A stretch of 33,058 bases of DNA from an uncultured Mollicutes bacterium (GCA_900547045.1 URFB01000001.1:1-33058), one strand, 5' to 3'; positions 23,447 through 32,487 are shown, counted from the stretch's first letter. Numbers and translations: made by a program. Notes: generated by a model not told the origin, from the letters alone.

Positions 23447-23838
23447 GCACAATGAACAGAAATGAGTATAAGTAAAAAGGTACAATGAAATGAAAAGAGT
23501 ATGAGTATGATGGAACAATGAAAGGAAATTGAGTAAAAGAGTACAATGAAAGAAAAGCGAGTAAAAAAGTACAATGAAATGAAAGTGGAGAAAAGGTACA
23601 AGGAAACGACTAGGGGTTGACCGCAAGGCTTCCCCGAAAGGAGTACGAAGGAACAATCAAAGCAAGTAAAAGTAAGAAGGAATACTGAAAGTGAGTACGA
23701 GTAAAAAGGAATACTGAAAGAAAGTACAAGTAAAATGGTACAAAGAAAAGAAATGAGTAAAAGTAAAATGGAACAATGAACAGAAAAGAGTATAAGTAAA
23801 ACGGAATAATGAACAGGGATGCGGAATGTATGTAAAGA
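23447..23838 (+). repeat. Purine-rich degenerate tandem array (12 units of 27-33 bp) interrupted by a GC-rich GNRA-capped hairpin. Non-coding.
   Basis: The unit anchor ACAATGAA (or variants) occurs at 23449, 23482, 23515, 23543, 23571, 23598, 23653, 23682, 23711, 23740, 23773 and 23806. Hairpin: GGGG (23613-16)...CC-GCAA-GG (23621-28)...CCCC (23632-35). The plus strand is full of stops. Confidence 0.8.
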
Positions 23839-23851
23839 AAGGACGTTGTGT

Positions 23852-24151
23852 ATGAACATAAGAAATGATGACGATTTCTTAATTGAAATCAAGAAGGCTT
23901 TAATGATTCCAGCAATGGAGACATATGCAGATAGCGAGATAAAACTACATATTGAATCGTGTTGTCAATTGCTTATTTCGATAGGCGTTGATAAATCCAC
24001 AGTACGTAGCGATAATCCTCTTGTTAAAGGATTAATCTTGATATATGTAAAGACATTCTTTGGCTTCAAAAGTGATGGAAGTGTTAAGGAATTACCTTCT
24101 AATTTTGAGCTATTGGTCCGCCAACTTGCTCTTAATTCGGAGGAGTCCTAA
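23852..24151 (+). CDS. Head-tail connector (gp6-like) protein
   Basis: ~100 aa, first gene after the capsid gene, pattern typical of Phage_connect_1. Start trimmed to the ATG at 23852, outside the repeat array. Confidence 0.6.
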   Translation: MNIRNDDDFLIEIKKALMIPAMETYADSEIKLHIESCCQLLISIGVDKSTVRSDNPLVKGLILIYVKTFFGFKSDGSVKELPSNFELLVRQLALNSEES

Positions 24152-24495
24152 TGTTTCCTAATTCTGCCAATGTAACTCTCTATCTCCTTGCCATCGTTAA
24201 CAAGTCGGATGCTTTAGGAATAAGGTGTCCGACTATAAATTTTAAAAAAGAAGTAATAGGATGTATGAAATCTATTACTGCTACTGAGTATCAAACAAGC
24301 GTTGCCTTGAATGTGAAAAGTGAAATAAAAATAAGCCTACAATGCTTTTTGTATTCTGGTGAAAAGTTTGTTTTATTGAAGGGTGAAATCTATAAAGTAG
24401 ATAGAACTTATCAAAATGGACAATTTACCGAATTATATTTATCTTTAAGTGATTACAAGAAGGAGGAAATTGAAGATGCCACTATCAATAGATAA
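24151..24495 (+). CDS. Head closure / head-tail adaptor protein
   Basis: 114 aa, position, TAATG coupling. The motif ...GEIYKVDRTYQNGQFTELYL resembles head-closure proteins. Confidence 0.55.
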   Translation: MFPNSANVTLYLLAIVNKSDALGIRCPTINFKKEVIGCMKSITATEYQTSVALNVKSEIKISLQCFLYSGEKFVLLKGEIYKVDRTYQNGQFTELYLSLSDYKKEEIEDATINR

Positions 24496-24856
24496 AAGTG
24501 TTTTAAAGATCTTAGAGCTTGTAAATGAATACACTAAAGAGGTTCAAGAAGAAATTGTAGAAAGGCTTAATCATACAGCTGATGAAATATTAGCTTATAT
24601 TAAAACAAATGCTCCAAAAGGAAATAGCACTAATCACTTAGCTGATTCATTTGTTAAAACCAAAGTTGGAACAGGAGTTAATCAAGTTATTTATATTTCA
24701 TCGAAAACTAAAAGTAGATTGGTTCATTTAATTGAACTTGGATTCAAACATAGAAGTGGACGTCACGTTGCAGCACAACCTTTTATGAGGCCAGCTTACA
24801 GTGAATTTACACCTGAAATGCTTGAAGATATTAAAAAGATTATAAATGGAGGATAG
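24476..24856 (+). CDS. HK97 gp10-family tail-completion protein
   Basis: ELGFKHRSGRHVAAQPFMRPAY matches the gp10-family 'PF(l/m)rPA' motif. Start set at the ATG at 24476, after AGGAGG. Confidence 0.65.
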   Translation: MPLSIDKSVLKILELVNEYTKEVQEEIVERLNHTADEILAYIKTNAPKGNSTNHLADSFVKTKVGTGVNQVIYISSKTKSRLVHLIELGFKHRSGRHVAAQPFMRPAYSEFTPEMLEDIKKIINGG

Positions 24857-24859
24857 CCT

Positions 24860-25198
24860 ATGACATTAGAAACTATTTATTCCATTCTAGATAAAGTTTT
24901 AAAAGACAAAGTATTCTATGCAGTAAATGTTTATGACAATGAAGAAAATGCTCCAATGCCATATATCGTTTACCAAGAAATAACTAAAAAGCCAAAGGGA
25001 TATCATGACGATGTTCCTATTTTTTATGTTTCAAGCGTTCAGATTACTCTTGTCACAAAGAAAAAAGACCTTACTCTTGAGGGAACTTTAGAGAAGGCGT
25101 TATTAAAAAACGGATTAAGTTTCTCGGTTTTAAGTGAAACGCATAATAGCGATAAATCAATAAATCGAGTTTATGAAATTGAAATGGAGGATTTTTAA
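24860..25198 (+). CDS. Tail terminator / head-tail joining protein (DUF3168-like)
   Basis: 112 aa, immediately upstream of the major tail gene. GGAGG upstream. Confidence 0.45.
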   Translation: MTLETIYSILDKVLKDKVFYAVNVYDNEENAPMPYIVYQEITKKPKGYHDDVPIFYVSSVQITLVTKKKDLTLEGTLEKALLKNGLSFSVLSETHNSDKSINRVYEIEMEDF

Positions 25199-25774
25199 AT
25201 GGCAAATAATATTGTAACTTTTGGCCTTAAGAATGTTCATTATTCTAAGGCTACATTTAATCCTGTTGATGGAACTTGGTTGTTTGCTACACCAGTTGCA
25301 CTTCCAGGAGCACAAGAGTTTTCAAGTGATTTAATTGGTAGCTCAACACAGGTTTATGCCGATGATCAAGTAGTGGCTACATTAATTCAAAATGCAGGTA
25401 GAACTCTAACCTTAAAACTCACTGAATTAATTGATGAATTCAAAACTGATATTTTAGGTTATAAGAAACTTGATAATGGAAATCTTGTAGAAATTGTAAA
25501 TGCTGAAGTAGTTACTTTTGCATTAGGTTTTGAATTACAAGGTGATGCTAAGGCAAGAAGAACATGGTTTTATTTATGTACTGCCTCACCAATTAATGAA
25601 GCAACTAAGAGTAAAGCTGATTCAGTTGAAGCAAACTCAATCTCTTTAACAATTACAGCTAGACCTATTGCTATTGATGCAGATAATTACACAACACATA
25701 TTACAGCTTCGAAAGGAGACGCAAATTATGCGACATTCTTAAGTGTTGCACCAGTTTTGCCTGTGCTTAAATAA
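25199..25774 (+). CDS. Major tail protein (phi13/TP901-1-like)
   Basis: 191 aa. N-terminus NIVTFGLKNVHYSKATF is typical of phi13-family major tail proteins. Lies upstream of the chaperone pair and the tape measure. Confidence 0.75.
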   Translation: MANNIVTFGLKNVHYSKATFNPVDGTWLFATPVALPGAQEFSSDLIGSSTQVYADDQVVATLIQNAGRTLTLKLTELIDEFKTDILGYKKLDNGNLVEIVNAEVVTFALGFELQGDAKARRTWFYLCTASPINEATKSKADSVEANSISLTITARPIAIDADNYTTHITASKGDANYATFLSVAPVLPVLK

Positions 25775-26145
25775 TGGATAGTATTATTAAGATTGGAGGC
25801 CGTGAATTACCAGTTCATGCCTCATTAAAAACCTTAATCGATTACAAGTCTACCTTTGGTACTGATTTGTTTGAAGATTTAGATAAGATACAAAATATTA
25901 AAAGCGATTCTATTGGTAGCTTGTCAGGAGTTATTAATACATCGTTCCAAATTATTTATATCTTACATAAGCCTTATGCAAAAGAGAAAACATTTGTAGA
26001 GTTTATGGATACTTTTGAGTTTGGAGTGTTCCAAAGCACTGAAGCTATGAATGAATTAACTGGTGTATTTGGCTTACTCTTTCCAGGGACAAAAGAGCAA
26101 AGCAAAAGTCCCAGAGAAAGTAAAACGGAAGCATCAAGCGACTAG
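25774..26145 (+). CDS. Tail assembly chaperone (gpG-like)
   Basis: 123 aa, between the major tail and tape measure genes, TAATG coupling. Confidence 0.65.
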   Translation: MDSIIKIGGRELPVHASLKTLIDYKSTFGTDLFEDLDKIQNIKSDSIGSLSGVINTSFQIIYILHKPYAKEKTFVEFMDTFEFGVFQSTEAMNELTGVFGLLFPGTKEQSKSPRESKTEASSD

Positions 26146-26314
26146 TAATATCATATTTAATTTATCTCAAATGGGCATCTCACTAACGGATGCCTTTTTG
26201 ATTGAGATTGATACTTATTTTGAGCTTGTTGATTTGTTTATGGAGTCAATGGGAAGAAGTGAAAACTCATCAAGAGAGGCGACACAATCTGACATTGACA
26301 ATTTTTTACTATAG
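26063..26314 (+). CDS. Overlapping ORF in the +1 frame: probable gpT-like extension of the chaperone reached by programmed frameshifting
   Basis: The frame is open from 26063 and extends 169 nt past the gpG stop. There is no good independent SD. CAAAAG runs occur at 26090-26095 and 26103-26108. Confidence 0.5.
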   Translation: MYLAYSFQGQKSKAKVPEKVKRKHQATSNIIFNLSQMGISLTDAFLIEIDTYFELVDLFMESMGRSENSSREATQSDIDNFLL

Positions 26315-26326
26315 GAGGTTAAGCGA

Positions 26327-28897
26327 ATGGCTGAAACAATAAAAGGTTTAAACATTAAATTAGGACTTGATGCTACTGAACTTAACGAGTCCTTAGGAAA
26401 AGTAAGAGCAGAATTAAAAGAACAACAAGCTGACTTAAAAGCTATTAATCAAAGACTTAAATATGACTCTTCAAATATTGATTTATGGAAGAATAAACAA
26501 ACTAAATTAAATGAGGTTTTAGATTCAACTAAAAAGAAATTAGAACTTCAAAAACAAAAATTAGAAGAAGCTAAGGAAGCAGTCAAAGTTGGTGCAATAA
26601 GTGAATCCGAATTTAAGAAACTTGAAAGAGCAGTAGAGTATGCTGAAGCTGATGTTTCAAAGCTAAATACCGAGCTTAAAAATACTAGTACGAAGATACT
26701 AGAACTTGGTAATGCTAAATGGGATAAGCTGGCAGGAGTTGGTAATAAACTTACAAAGTATGTAACAGCTCCTATTGTAGCTGCAGGTACTGCTTTATCC
26801 GCTCTTTCTTATAAATCACTTGTTGCATCAGATGACTTAGCTGATACAGCCTCTAAAGTGTATCTATCTGCTGAGGCTTTCCAGGAATGGAGCTATGCTG
26901 CAGAGATTTTAGCAGTAGATCAAAACCAATTACAAAAAGCATTTGTTAAGGTTAATGCTCTTTTAGGAGATATAGCAAATGGAAGTGCTGATAGTGTTAA
27001 TGAGAAACTAAAACTTATTGGATTAACTAGTGAGGATTTAGCTGGTCTTAATACTGATGAGGCTTTCATGAAAATTAGAGATGCTCTATCTTCAGTAGGA
27101 GATGAAGCCTCAAGAACAGCAGTCGCTAATGAAATATTTGGAGATAAGCTAGGTGCTGAACTTACTCAAGTAATATCTGCTTCAACAAGTCAAGTAGAAG
27201 ATTTAAGAAATGAATGTAGAGAACTAGGAATTGTATCAAATGAAGATGCCAAAAAAGCAGGAGAATTTACTGATGCCATTTCAAGATTAAAACAAGCATT
27301 GACAGGTCTTAAAAATGAGCTTGCTCAAGCCCTACTTCCGGTAATGAATAGTCTTGTTTTAATGATCACAAATAAGATCGTACCAGCCCTTAAAAGCACA
27401 CTTGATTGGTGGAATAATCTATCAAAAGGTATGAAGGTGTTTATTGGGACGCTACTTGGAATTGTAACGGCAGCAGGGCCAGTCTTAGTAATCATTGGTA
27501 AACTGATACCTTTGATTTCAAAAATTAAGGTAGGACTCACTGCTTTAAAAGGAGCAATTACACTAGCTGGTGGAGCAATTAAGGCTTCGATACTTGGTAT
27601 TGTAGGTCTTATTGCAGTTTTAGCAGTTATCTTACTTCAAAATGAGAAGTTTAGAGAGTTGCTTGGAAAGATAATAAATATTATTTCAAAACTACTTAAT
27701 AAAATAATGGACTTTATTCAAGAAATAGTTAATTCTTTAATGCCAATTATTAAGACGATAATGGATTTAATAAATAAAGTAATTGATATGTTGGTTGAGG
27801 TTATAGATAAAATATTACCTCCACTTGAATCAATTATTAATGTGGTTATTGGTTTACTTGAAAAATTAATGCCTTTAATTAAGAGAATTCTTGAAGTTAT
27901 AACTTCATTAATTGGCAAAGTAGTAGATTTAATTACGACAATATTAGAACCAATCATGGAGGTTCTAGGTGTAGTTATTGACTTAATTGCTGATCTTGTT
28001 GATGTAGTTTTAGAATTAATAAATGCTGTTTTAGATCCTATCATGGATGTTTTAAATGCCCTAGTTGATATTATCGAAGTAGGGGTTTCTCTAGTTGGTT
28101 ATGTAGTTAAGATTTTATCTTCAATTTTAAAATCAATCTTAAAAGTTATCGTTACTTTGTTACAACCAATTATTAAGGTTTTGAAAACTGTTATTGAGCT
28201 TGTTTCAAGTATCATTAAATTACTAGAACCTTTAATTAAAGTATTACTTACACCTTTAGAATTGCAGCTTCAACTAATTAGTTCAGTTTTATCAGCCTTT
28301 GAACCAATTTTAGAGACAATAGGAAATGTCATTGAAACAGTTATATCTCCTGCATTAGAACTTTTAAATACACTATTAAAACCTATTTTAGATATTTTAA
28401 ATTGGATAATTGATGCAATTAAGTGGCTTGCAGATAATCTATCAAATATCTTTGAAGGAATAAGTGATGGAGTTTCTAATTTTGCTGGTGGAATAGTTGA
28501 TAAGGTATCTGGTGTAGTTGGAAGTATAACTGAAAAATTTAGAGGTATGTTTGGTTGGCTTAAAGATAAATTTAAAGGCTTTACAGGCTTTCTTGGAGAG
28601 GTTGGAGAGAACATTGGAAACTTCTTTAAAGGAGCAGTTGATGGTGTAAAAGGAACAATTGAGAAAGCAACTGATGCAGTATCAGGTTGGGCTAAAAAAG
28701 CATGGGATAATGTAAAAGGATGGTTTAGTTCAGTTGGAGATTGGTTTAGTGATACTTTTAATCTTAATGGAAATAAAACATCTAATTATTCAACTACAAA
28801 TAACAACCAAACAACAAACAATGTAACAGTAAATACTTCATCATCAGAATTTGATGTTGATTCAATTAATAAAGCGTTAGGAGGTGCCTATTTATAA
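26327..28897 (+). CDS. Tape measure protein
   Basis: 856 aa. N-terminal coiled coil, central hydrophobic segments, long helical L..I..-type repeats, Gly/Trp-rich C-terminus. Confidence 0.9.
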   Translation: MAETIKGLNIKLGLDATELNESLGKVRAELKEQQADLKAINQRLKYDSSNIDLWKNKQTKLNEVLDSTKKKLELQKQKLEEAKEAVKVGAISESEFKKLERAVEYAEADVSKLNTELKNTSTKILELGNAKWDKLAGVGNKLTKYVTAPIVAAGTALSALSYKSLVASDDLADTASKVYLSAEAFQEWSYAAEILAVDQNQLQKAFVKVNALLGDIANGSADSVNEKLKLIGLTSEDLAGLNTDEAFMKIRDALSSVGDEASRTAVANEIFGDKLGAELTQVISASTSQVEDLRNECRELGIVSNEDAKKAGEFTDAISRLKQALTGLKNELAQALLPVMNSLVLMITNKIVPALKSTLDWWNNLSKGMKVFIGTLLGIVTAAGPVLVIIGKLIPLISKIKVGLTALKGAITLAGGAIKASILGIVGLIAVLAVILLQNEKFRELLGKIINIISKLLNKIMDFIQEIVNSLMPIIKTIMDLINKVIDMLVEVIDKILPPLESIINVVIGLLEKLMPLIKRILEVITSLIGKVVDLITTILEPIMEVLGVVIDLIADLVDVVLELINAVLDPIMDVLNALVDIIEVGVSLVGYVVKILSSILKSILKVIVTLLQPIIKVLKTVIELVSSIIKLLEPLIKVLLTPLELQLQLISSVLSAFEPILETIGNVIETVISPALELLNTLLKPILDILNWIIDAIKWLADNLSNIFEGISDGVSNFAGGIVDKVSGVVGSITEKFRGMFGWLKDKFKGFTGFLGEVGENIGNFFKGAVDGVKGTIEKATDAVSGWAKKAWDNVKGWFSSVGDWFSDTFNLNGNKTSNYSTTNNNQTTNNVTVNTSSSEFDVDSINKALGGAYL

Positions 28898-29721
28898 TGA
28901 GAAAGTTATATCTTGTAAATGAAATAGGCACTACCTATTTTTTTGATTATAGGACTTCAACATTGATTTCAAGTATTGGTAATTTAGGAGTTGAAAAGCA
29001 AAATACTTATGTAGCTTATTCAAATAGATATACCTGTGTTGAAATTAAAAATCCTCAAACATCACTTGATTTTGAAGTTGTATTTTTAAATGGCTATAAT
29101 GGCTATTCAAAGTTCCTTGATTTTATTAGATCTTCTAATGAATTAAGGCTTTTTTATAGTAATGGCAAAGATACAAAATATACTTATGTTTCATTTAAAT
29201 CAATAACCAAAACGGAGCTTCAAAGTAATACAATTCAAAGTTCATTATCTTTGGATAAATTGTCTTTGTGGCTTAATAAGGTTAATTATCAAATATCTGT
29301 TAATGAAGATGTAAAAGGTAAAACATTTCCATTTGGTTATCCTCATATTTATAGTTCATCATACAATGGCGAAATTTATGTGAAGAATAATGGAGAAGTA
29401 AAAGCACCTTTAAATATCATTATTGCTGGTGCAGTCAATAATCCTAGAGTTGATATTCTTGATGGAGATACGATTATATCTTCATTAAAGATTATGGTTA
29501 AATCTGATGATTGTATTATAACTGTTAATTCAGATGAATCAGATCAATTTATAACTATTACTGAAAATGGAATAACCAAAAATGCTTATCAAATGCAAGA
29601 CTTCTCATGTGATAATTTTTTATTCATTGATAAGGGTGAAAAGAAGATAAGATTTAGTCCTGGAGTCAATGCTAAAACGACATGTAATATTCAGATTCTT
29701 GAAGGGTATGGTGGTAACTAA
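28897..29721 (+). CDS. Distal tail protein (Dit)
   Basis: 274 aa directly after the tape measure gene with TAATG coupling. Position-based call with a compatible pattern. Confidence 0.55.
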   Translation: MRKLYLVNEIGTTYFFDYRTSTLISSIGNLGVEKQNTYVAYSNRYTCVEIKNPQTSLDFEVVFLNGYNGYSKFLDFIRSSNELRLFYSNGKDTKYTYVSFKSITKTELQSNTIQSSLSLDKLSLWLNKVNYQISVNEDVKGKTFPFGYPHIYSSSYNGEIYVKNNGEVKAPLNIIIAGAVNNPRVDILDGDTIISSLKIMVKSDDCIITVNSDESDQFITITENGITKNAYQMQDFSCDNFLFIDKGEKKIRFSPGVNAKTTCNIQILEGYGGN

Positions 29722-30776
29722 TGGAAGTTATATTTTTAGATTATTTAACTTTATCTGTACTTGATTATGGATACGCTAATGATAATTTCACGATTATTAT
29801 TGATAATGTCATACCTCAAAGTTCATCTTTTGAAATTAATAAAGAAGCGGTTAATGCGAATGTAGGCGATTACCTTATCGTCAAAGATAAGAAGATAAAC
29901 TACATAGGAATTGTCACTTCAATTGATTTAAAAAATCATGTTACAGAGGTTAAAACAAAGGATTTTATATCGATTTTAGATTATAAGATGAAGTTAACAT
30001 CATATTCTGGTAATCTATCAATTTATCTTTTGAATTTAATAAAAAAGGCTTTTATTTCTAATTCTGATTCACTTCAAAATATGAGCTATTTAACAATCAG
30101 TAGAGATGCTGAAGTAGTAAATGGAGCATTAACATTTGAAGAAGATACAGTAGATTCTATTTCAAGTGTTGTTTCAACTCTAAATAAAGCCTACTCAATT
30201 GGTTTAGTTTATAGCCTTGTTTATGATAATGGAAAGATATCAGGAATTGACCTTCATATTACAAAATGTAAAAAAGGAGTGATCTTAAAATCCAGTATTG
30301 CTTGTATCAGTAATTTAGTGATTACTGATAATAACACGCAAGCGGTAAATAAGGTCACTTTTTATCCTAAAGATTCAAATGTTACATATAAAAATACAAT
30401 CGATTATTATCTTTTCACTGATGGCATAATTTCAAATCAAAATGATAATACAAAACGTTATAAATCAATTAATTCACTAGCTAAAACTTATTCAGATAGT
30501 GACTATAATTCTTTATACACAACTGCTCAAAAAGAGATGTTAACATCATCACTTGAGCATTCAATTACATTCGATTATTTGGTAAATAATAAAATCGCAC
30601 CTTTGTTTGATGTCTTAAATGTGGGTGATTTTATTGAGTTTATTACACCAAATAAAACATATCAAACAATGATTACAAAGATCACATTTAAAGGAAACAT
30701 ACACACTGCGAATGTGACTCTTGGTGAATATCGAGTCAGTTTGACAGAAAAAATTAAGCTACTTAGCAAAAAATAA
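29721..30776 (+). CDS. Tail-associated (Tal-like) baseplate hub protein, short form
   Basis: 351 aa, follows Dit with TAATG coupling. No enzymatic motif seen. Confidence 0.4.
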   Translation: MEVIFLDYLTLSVLDYGYANDNFTIIIDNVIPQSSSFEINKEAVNANVGDYLIVKDKKINYIGIVTSIDLKNHVTEVKTKDFISILDYKMKLTSYSGNLSIYLLNLIKKAFISNSDSLQNMSYLTISRDAEVVNGALTFEEDTVDSISSVVSTLNKAYSIGLVYSLVYDNGKISGIDLHITKCKKGVILKSSIACISNLVITDNNTQAVNKVTFYPKDSNVTYKNTIDYYLFTDGIISNQNDNTKRYKSINSLAKTYSDSDYNSLYTTAQKEMLTSSLEHSITFDYLVNNKIAPLFDVLNVGDFIEFITPNKTYQTMITKITFKGNIHTANVTLGEYRVSLTEKIKLLSKK

Positions 30777-30788
30777 GGAGGTTTTAAG

Positions 30789-31580
30789 ATGGCTTTAGTA
30801 AAAATAACGTTCGATGGTAGTAGCGTGTCTTCAAAGCAAGATGCTGATATCAATTATCATTTAACTGGTCTAAAAGCTGATGGAGTAATTAGAGGCTTAG
30901 GTGGAGAGCTTGCTGTATCAGCTTCTAATAATTACATAACATTTAAAAGTGGCTATGTTCAAATTTATGGAAGAAGATTATATGTTGAAGAAGGTAGTCA
31001 AGTTTATATTTCTTTAGATTCAACTAAGAATGGATATGTAATTATTCAGATAAATTTATCCAATAATACGGCAACATTAACAAAGGTCGAAAGTACATCA
31101 TTTCCAACACTTACACAGCAAAACCTCCATAATAATGGTACGATTTACCAAATGGCGATAGCAAAATACTCAAAAACAACCACATCCTTGACTCTTGATT
31201 TAACCTTCAAACCTAACTATATTGAAACACCTTTATCAGTCGCCAATAGTGGCTATCAAGAGGCAGTAAAGTATGTTGATAGTCGTTATGGTTTTTATAC
31301 AAAGAAGAACTATGGCACTTCAAATAAATGCACAATTTATCTTTATGAGGATGAATATAACACCTATAATTCGACAATTTTCTTTGTGAAACTAAGTGTA
31401 GGTATAATGGTTGCAATTCCAGGAAATGGATCGAGTGGAATGTCAAATGTCACAGTTGATTATGTTTATGGTGGTGCAAATCATACTCTTGTACTTGGTG
31501 CTTCATCAAGTGAAAAAGCATTGATTTTTACCTGCAATACAACATCTCATTATGTCAAAATGGTTTACGCATATAGATAG
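30789..31580 (+). CDS. Putative tail fibre / receptor-binding protein
   Basis: Last structural gene. The N-terminus VKITFDGSSVSSKQDADINYHLTG...GYVQIYGRRLYV resembles conserved N-termini of Firmicutes phage fibre proteins. Confidence 0.45.
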   Translation: MALVKITFDGSSVSSKQDADINYHLTGLKADGVIRGLGGELAVSASNNYITFKSGYVQIYGRRLYVEEGSQVYISLDSTKNGYVIIQINLSNNTATLTKVESTSFPTLTQQNLHNNGTIYQMAIAKYSKTTTSLTLDLTFKPNYIETPLSVANSGYQEAVKYVDSRYGFYTKKNYGTSNKCTIYLYEDEYNTYNSTIFFVKLSVGIMVAIPGNGSSGMSNVTVDYVYGGANHTLVLGASSSEKALIFTCNTTSHYVKMVYAYR

Positions 31581-31592
31581 GAGGATTTAGAA

Positions 31593-32186
31593 ATGGAGTT
31601 TATAAAAAATGAATTTATAGATGATGAAGTGCTCTTAATGTATAGATGTGGTTCATACGCTTTTGGAACTTCAAATGAAAATAGCGATGAAGATTACATC
31701 GTTGTTTTAAAGGACTTCAAAGGAATGACTCATAGGAATAATGGAAAGAAGGAATATTTCATTTATGGCCTTAGAGCTTGGAAAAGTAAGATGGAATTTA
31801 ATGATTCTTACGACGAATATAATGAAATCTTTAATGATGAAATTATGGCATTTCCAGATAATCTTGTGTATATGTCTGAAACTATAAGACCAGATGTAGA
31901 AAAGTATATAAGTGTATTTCCTTCGAAAATAAAGATCTGGTGCAATAAAATATATTCTTACTATGATTTCTTTTACTCTAATAATTTTATTGAAAAGAAC
32001 ATGTATCACTTAATTAGAATCAGAAGCATTGTTGAAAGATACAAGGCGACTGGTTCTTTTTCTTTAGAACTTTCAAGCGAGGTAAAAGAATGGATAGTAA
32101 AGTTTAAAGCTGCTCCAGATAAAAAAAATTATAAAAATGAATTAAAAGCAGCACTAGATTATTTTAAAAAGGAGGCCGAGGCTTAA
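31593..32186 (+). CDS. Pol-beta superfamily nucleotidyltransferase (RlaP / PF10127-like)
   Basis: CGSYAFGTSNENSDEDYIVV matches the G-S...D-x-D NTase signature. The later NMYHLIRIRSIVERYKATG resembles the RlaP-type helical region. Confidence 0.6.
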   Translation: MEFIKNEFIDDEVLLMYRCGSYAFGTSNENSDEDYIVVLKDFKGMTHRNNGKKEYFIYGLRAWKSKMEFNDSYDEYNEIFNDEIMAFPDNLVYMSETIRPDVEKYISVFPSKIKIWCNKIYSYYDFFYSNNFIEKNMYHLIRIRSIVERYKATGSFSLELSSEVKEWIVKFKAAPDKKNYKNELKAALDYFKKEAEA

Positions 32187-32485
32187 TGGATGCAACAAAT
32201 ATCGTTTTATCAATTATAGGCATTGTAGGAACAATGTCATCTATTCTTTTTGCTTTCCTAGCTTTCCATAGAAACAACAAAGGAGACCATAAACAAGAAG
32301 GAAAGAATGAAGGTGTCCTTATTTCTGATGTTGGATATATCAAATCATCAATTGATCGAATTGAAAAAACATTAGACAAGCTAGAAGAAAAATATGACGA
32401 CTTACATTCAAGAATTATTAAGATTGAACAAAAGGTCGATGACCACATTAAAAATGATTCAATTCATGTGAAAGGAGATAAATAA
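32186..32485 (+). CDS. Membrane-anchored coiled-coil protein (holin-associated, BhlA/XhlA-like architecture)
   Basis: One N-terminal transmembrane helix (IVLSIIGIVGTMSSILFAFLAF) followed by a coiled coil. Immediately upstream of the holin. Confidence 0.5.
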   Translation: MDATNIVLSIIGIVGTMSSILFAFLAFHRNNKGDHKQEGKNEGVLISDVGYIKSSIDRIEKTLDKLEEKYDDLHSRIIKIEQKVDDHIKNDSIHVKGDK

Positions 32486-32487
32486 CC

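Noticed and set aside
23447-23838. Repeat array considered as a CRISPR array
   Set aside because: The units are contiguous degenerate tandem repeats with no unique spacers. The repeats are not palindromic, and there are no cas genes or leader.
23431-23892. Minus-strand ORFs of 153 aa and 73 aa (23435..23656) encoding repetitive hydrophobic FSVHCS/ILLLL-type sequence
   Set aside because: They are the antisense read-out of a purine-rich tandem repeat, where a pyrimidine-rich complement has few stop codons. The longer one uses a TTG start with no SD, overlaps the connector gene start and opposes a unidirectional late operon. It is kept as the explicit alternative hypothesis to test for the repeat array.
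27640-28420. Periodic L..I..(L/V)-type helical repeats in the tape measure protein, considered as a DNA repeat or novel feature
   Set aside because: Degenerate helical repeats are a normal property of Firmicutes phage tape measure proteins. At the nucleotide level they are too diverged to count as a repeat element.
27325-28614. Minus-strand ORFs inside the tape measure gene (27325..27540, 27718..28044, 28270..28614). Similar antisense ORFs occur at 2666..2875, 11403..11699, 13328..13579, 18364..18711, 21714..21929, 30662..30853, 31213..31446, 31707..32009, 32164..32448 and 32448..32645, plus the same-strand alternate-frame ORF 7430..7639.
   Set aside because: All are fully embedded in long, motif-supported plus-strand genes, in antisense or alternate frame. 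None has an SD or a recognisable motif. This is typical background in AT-rich coding DNA.
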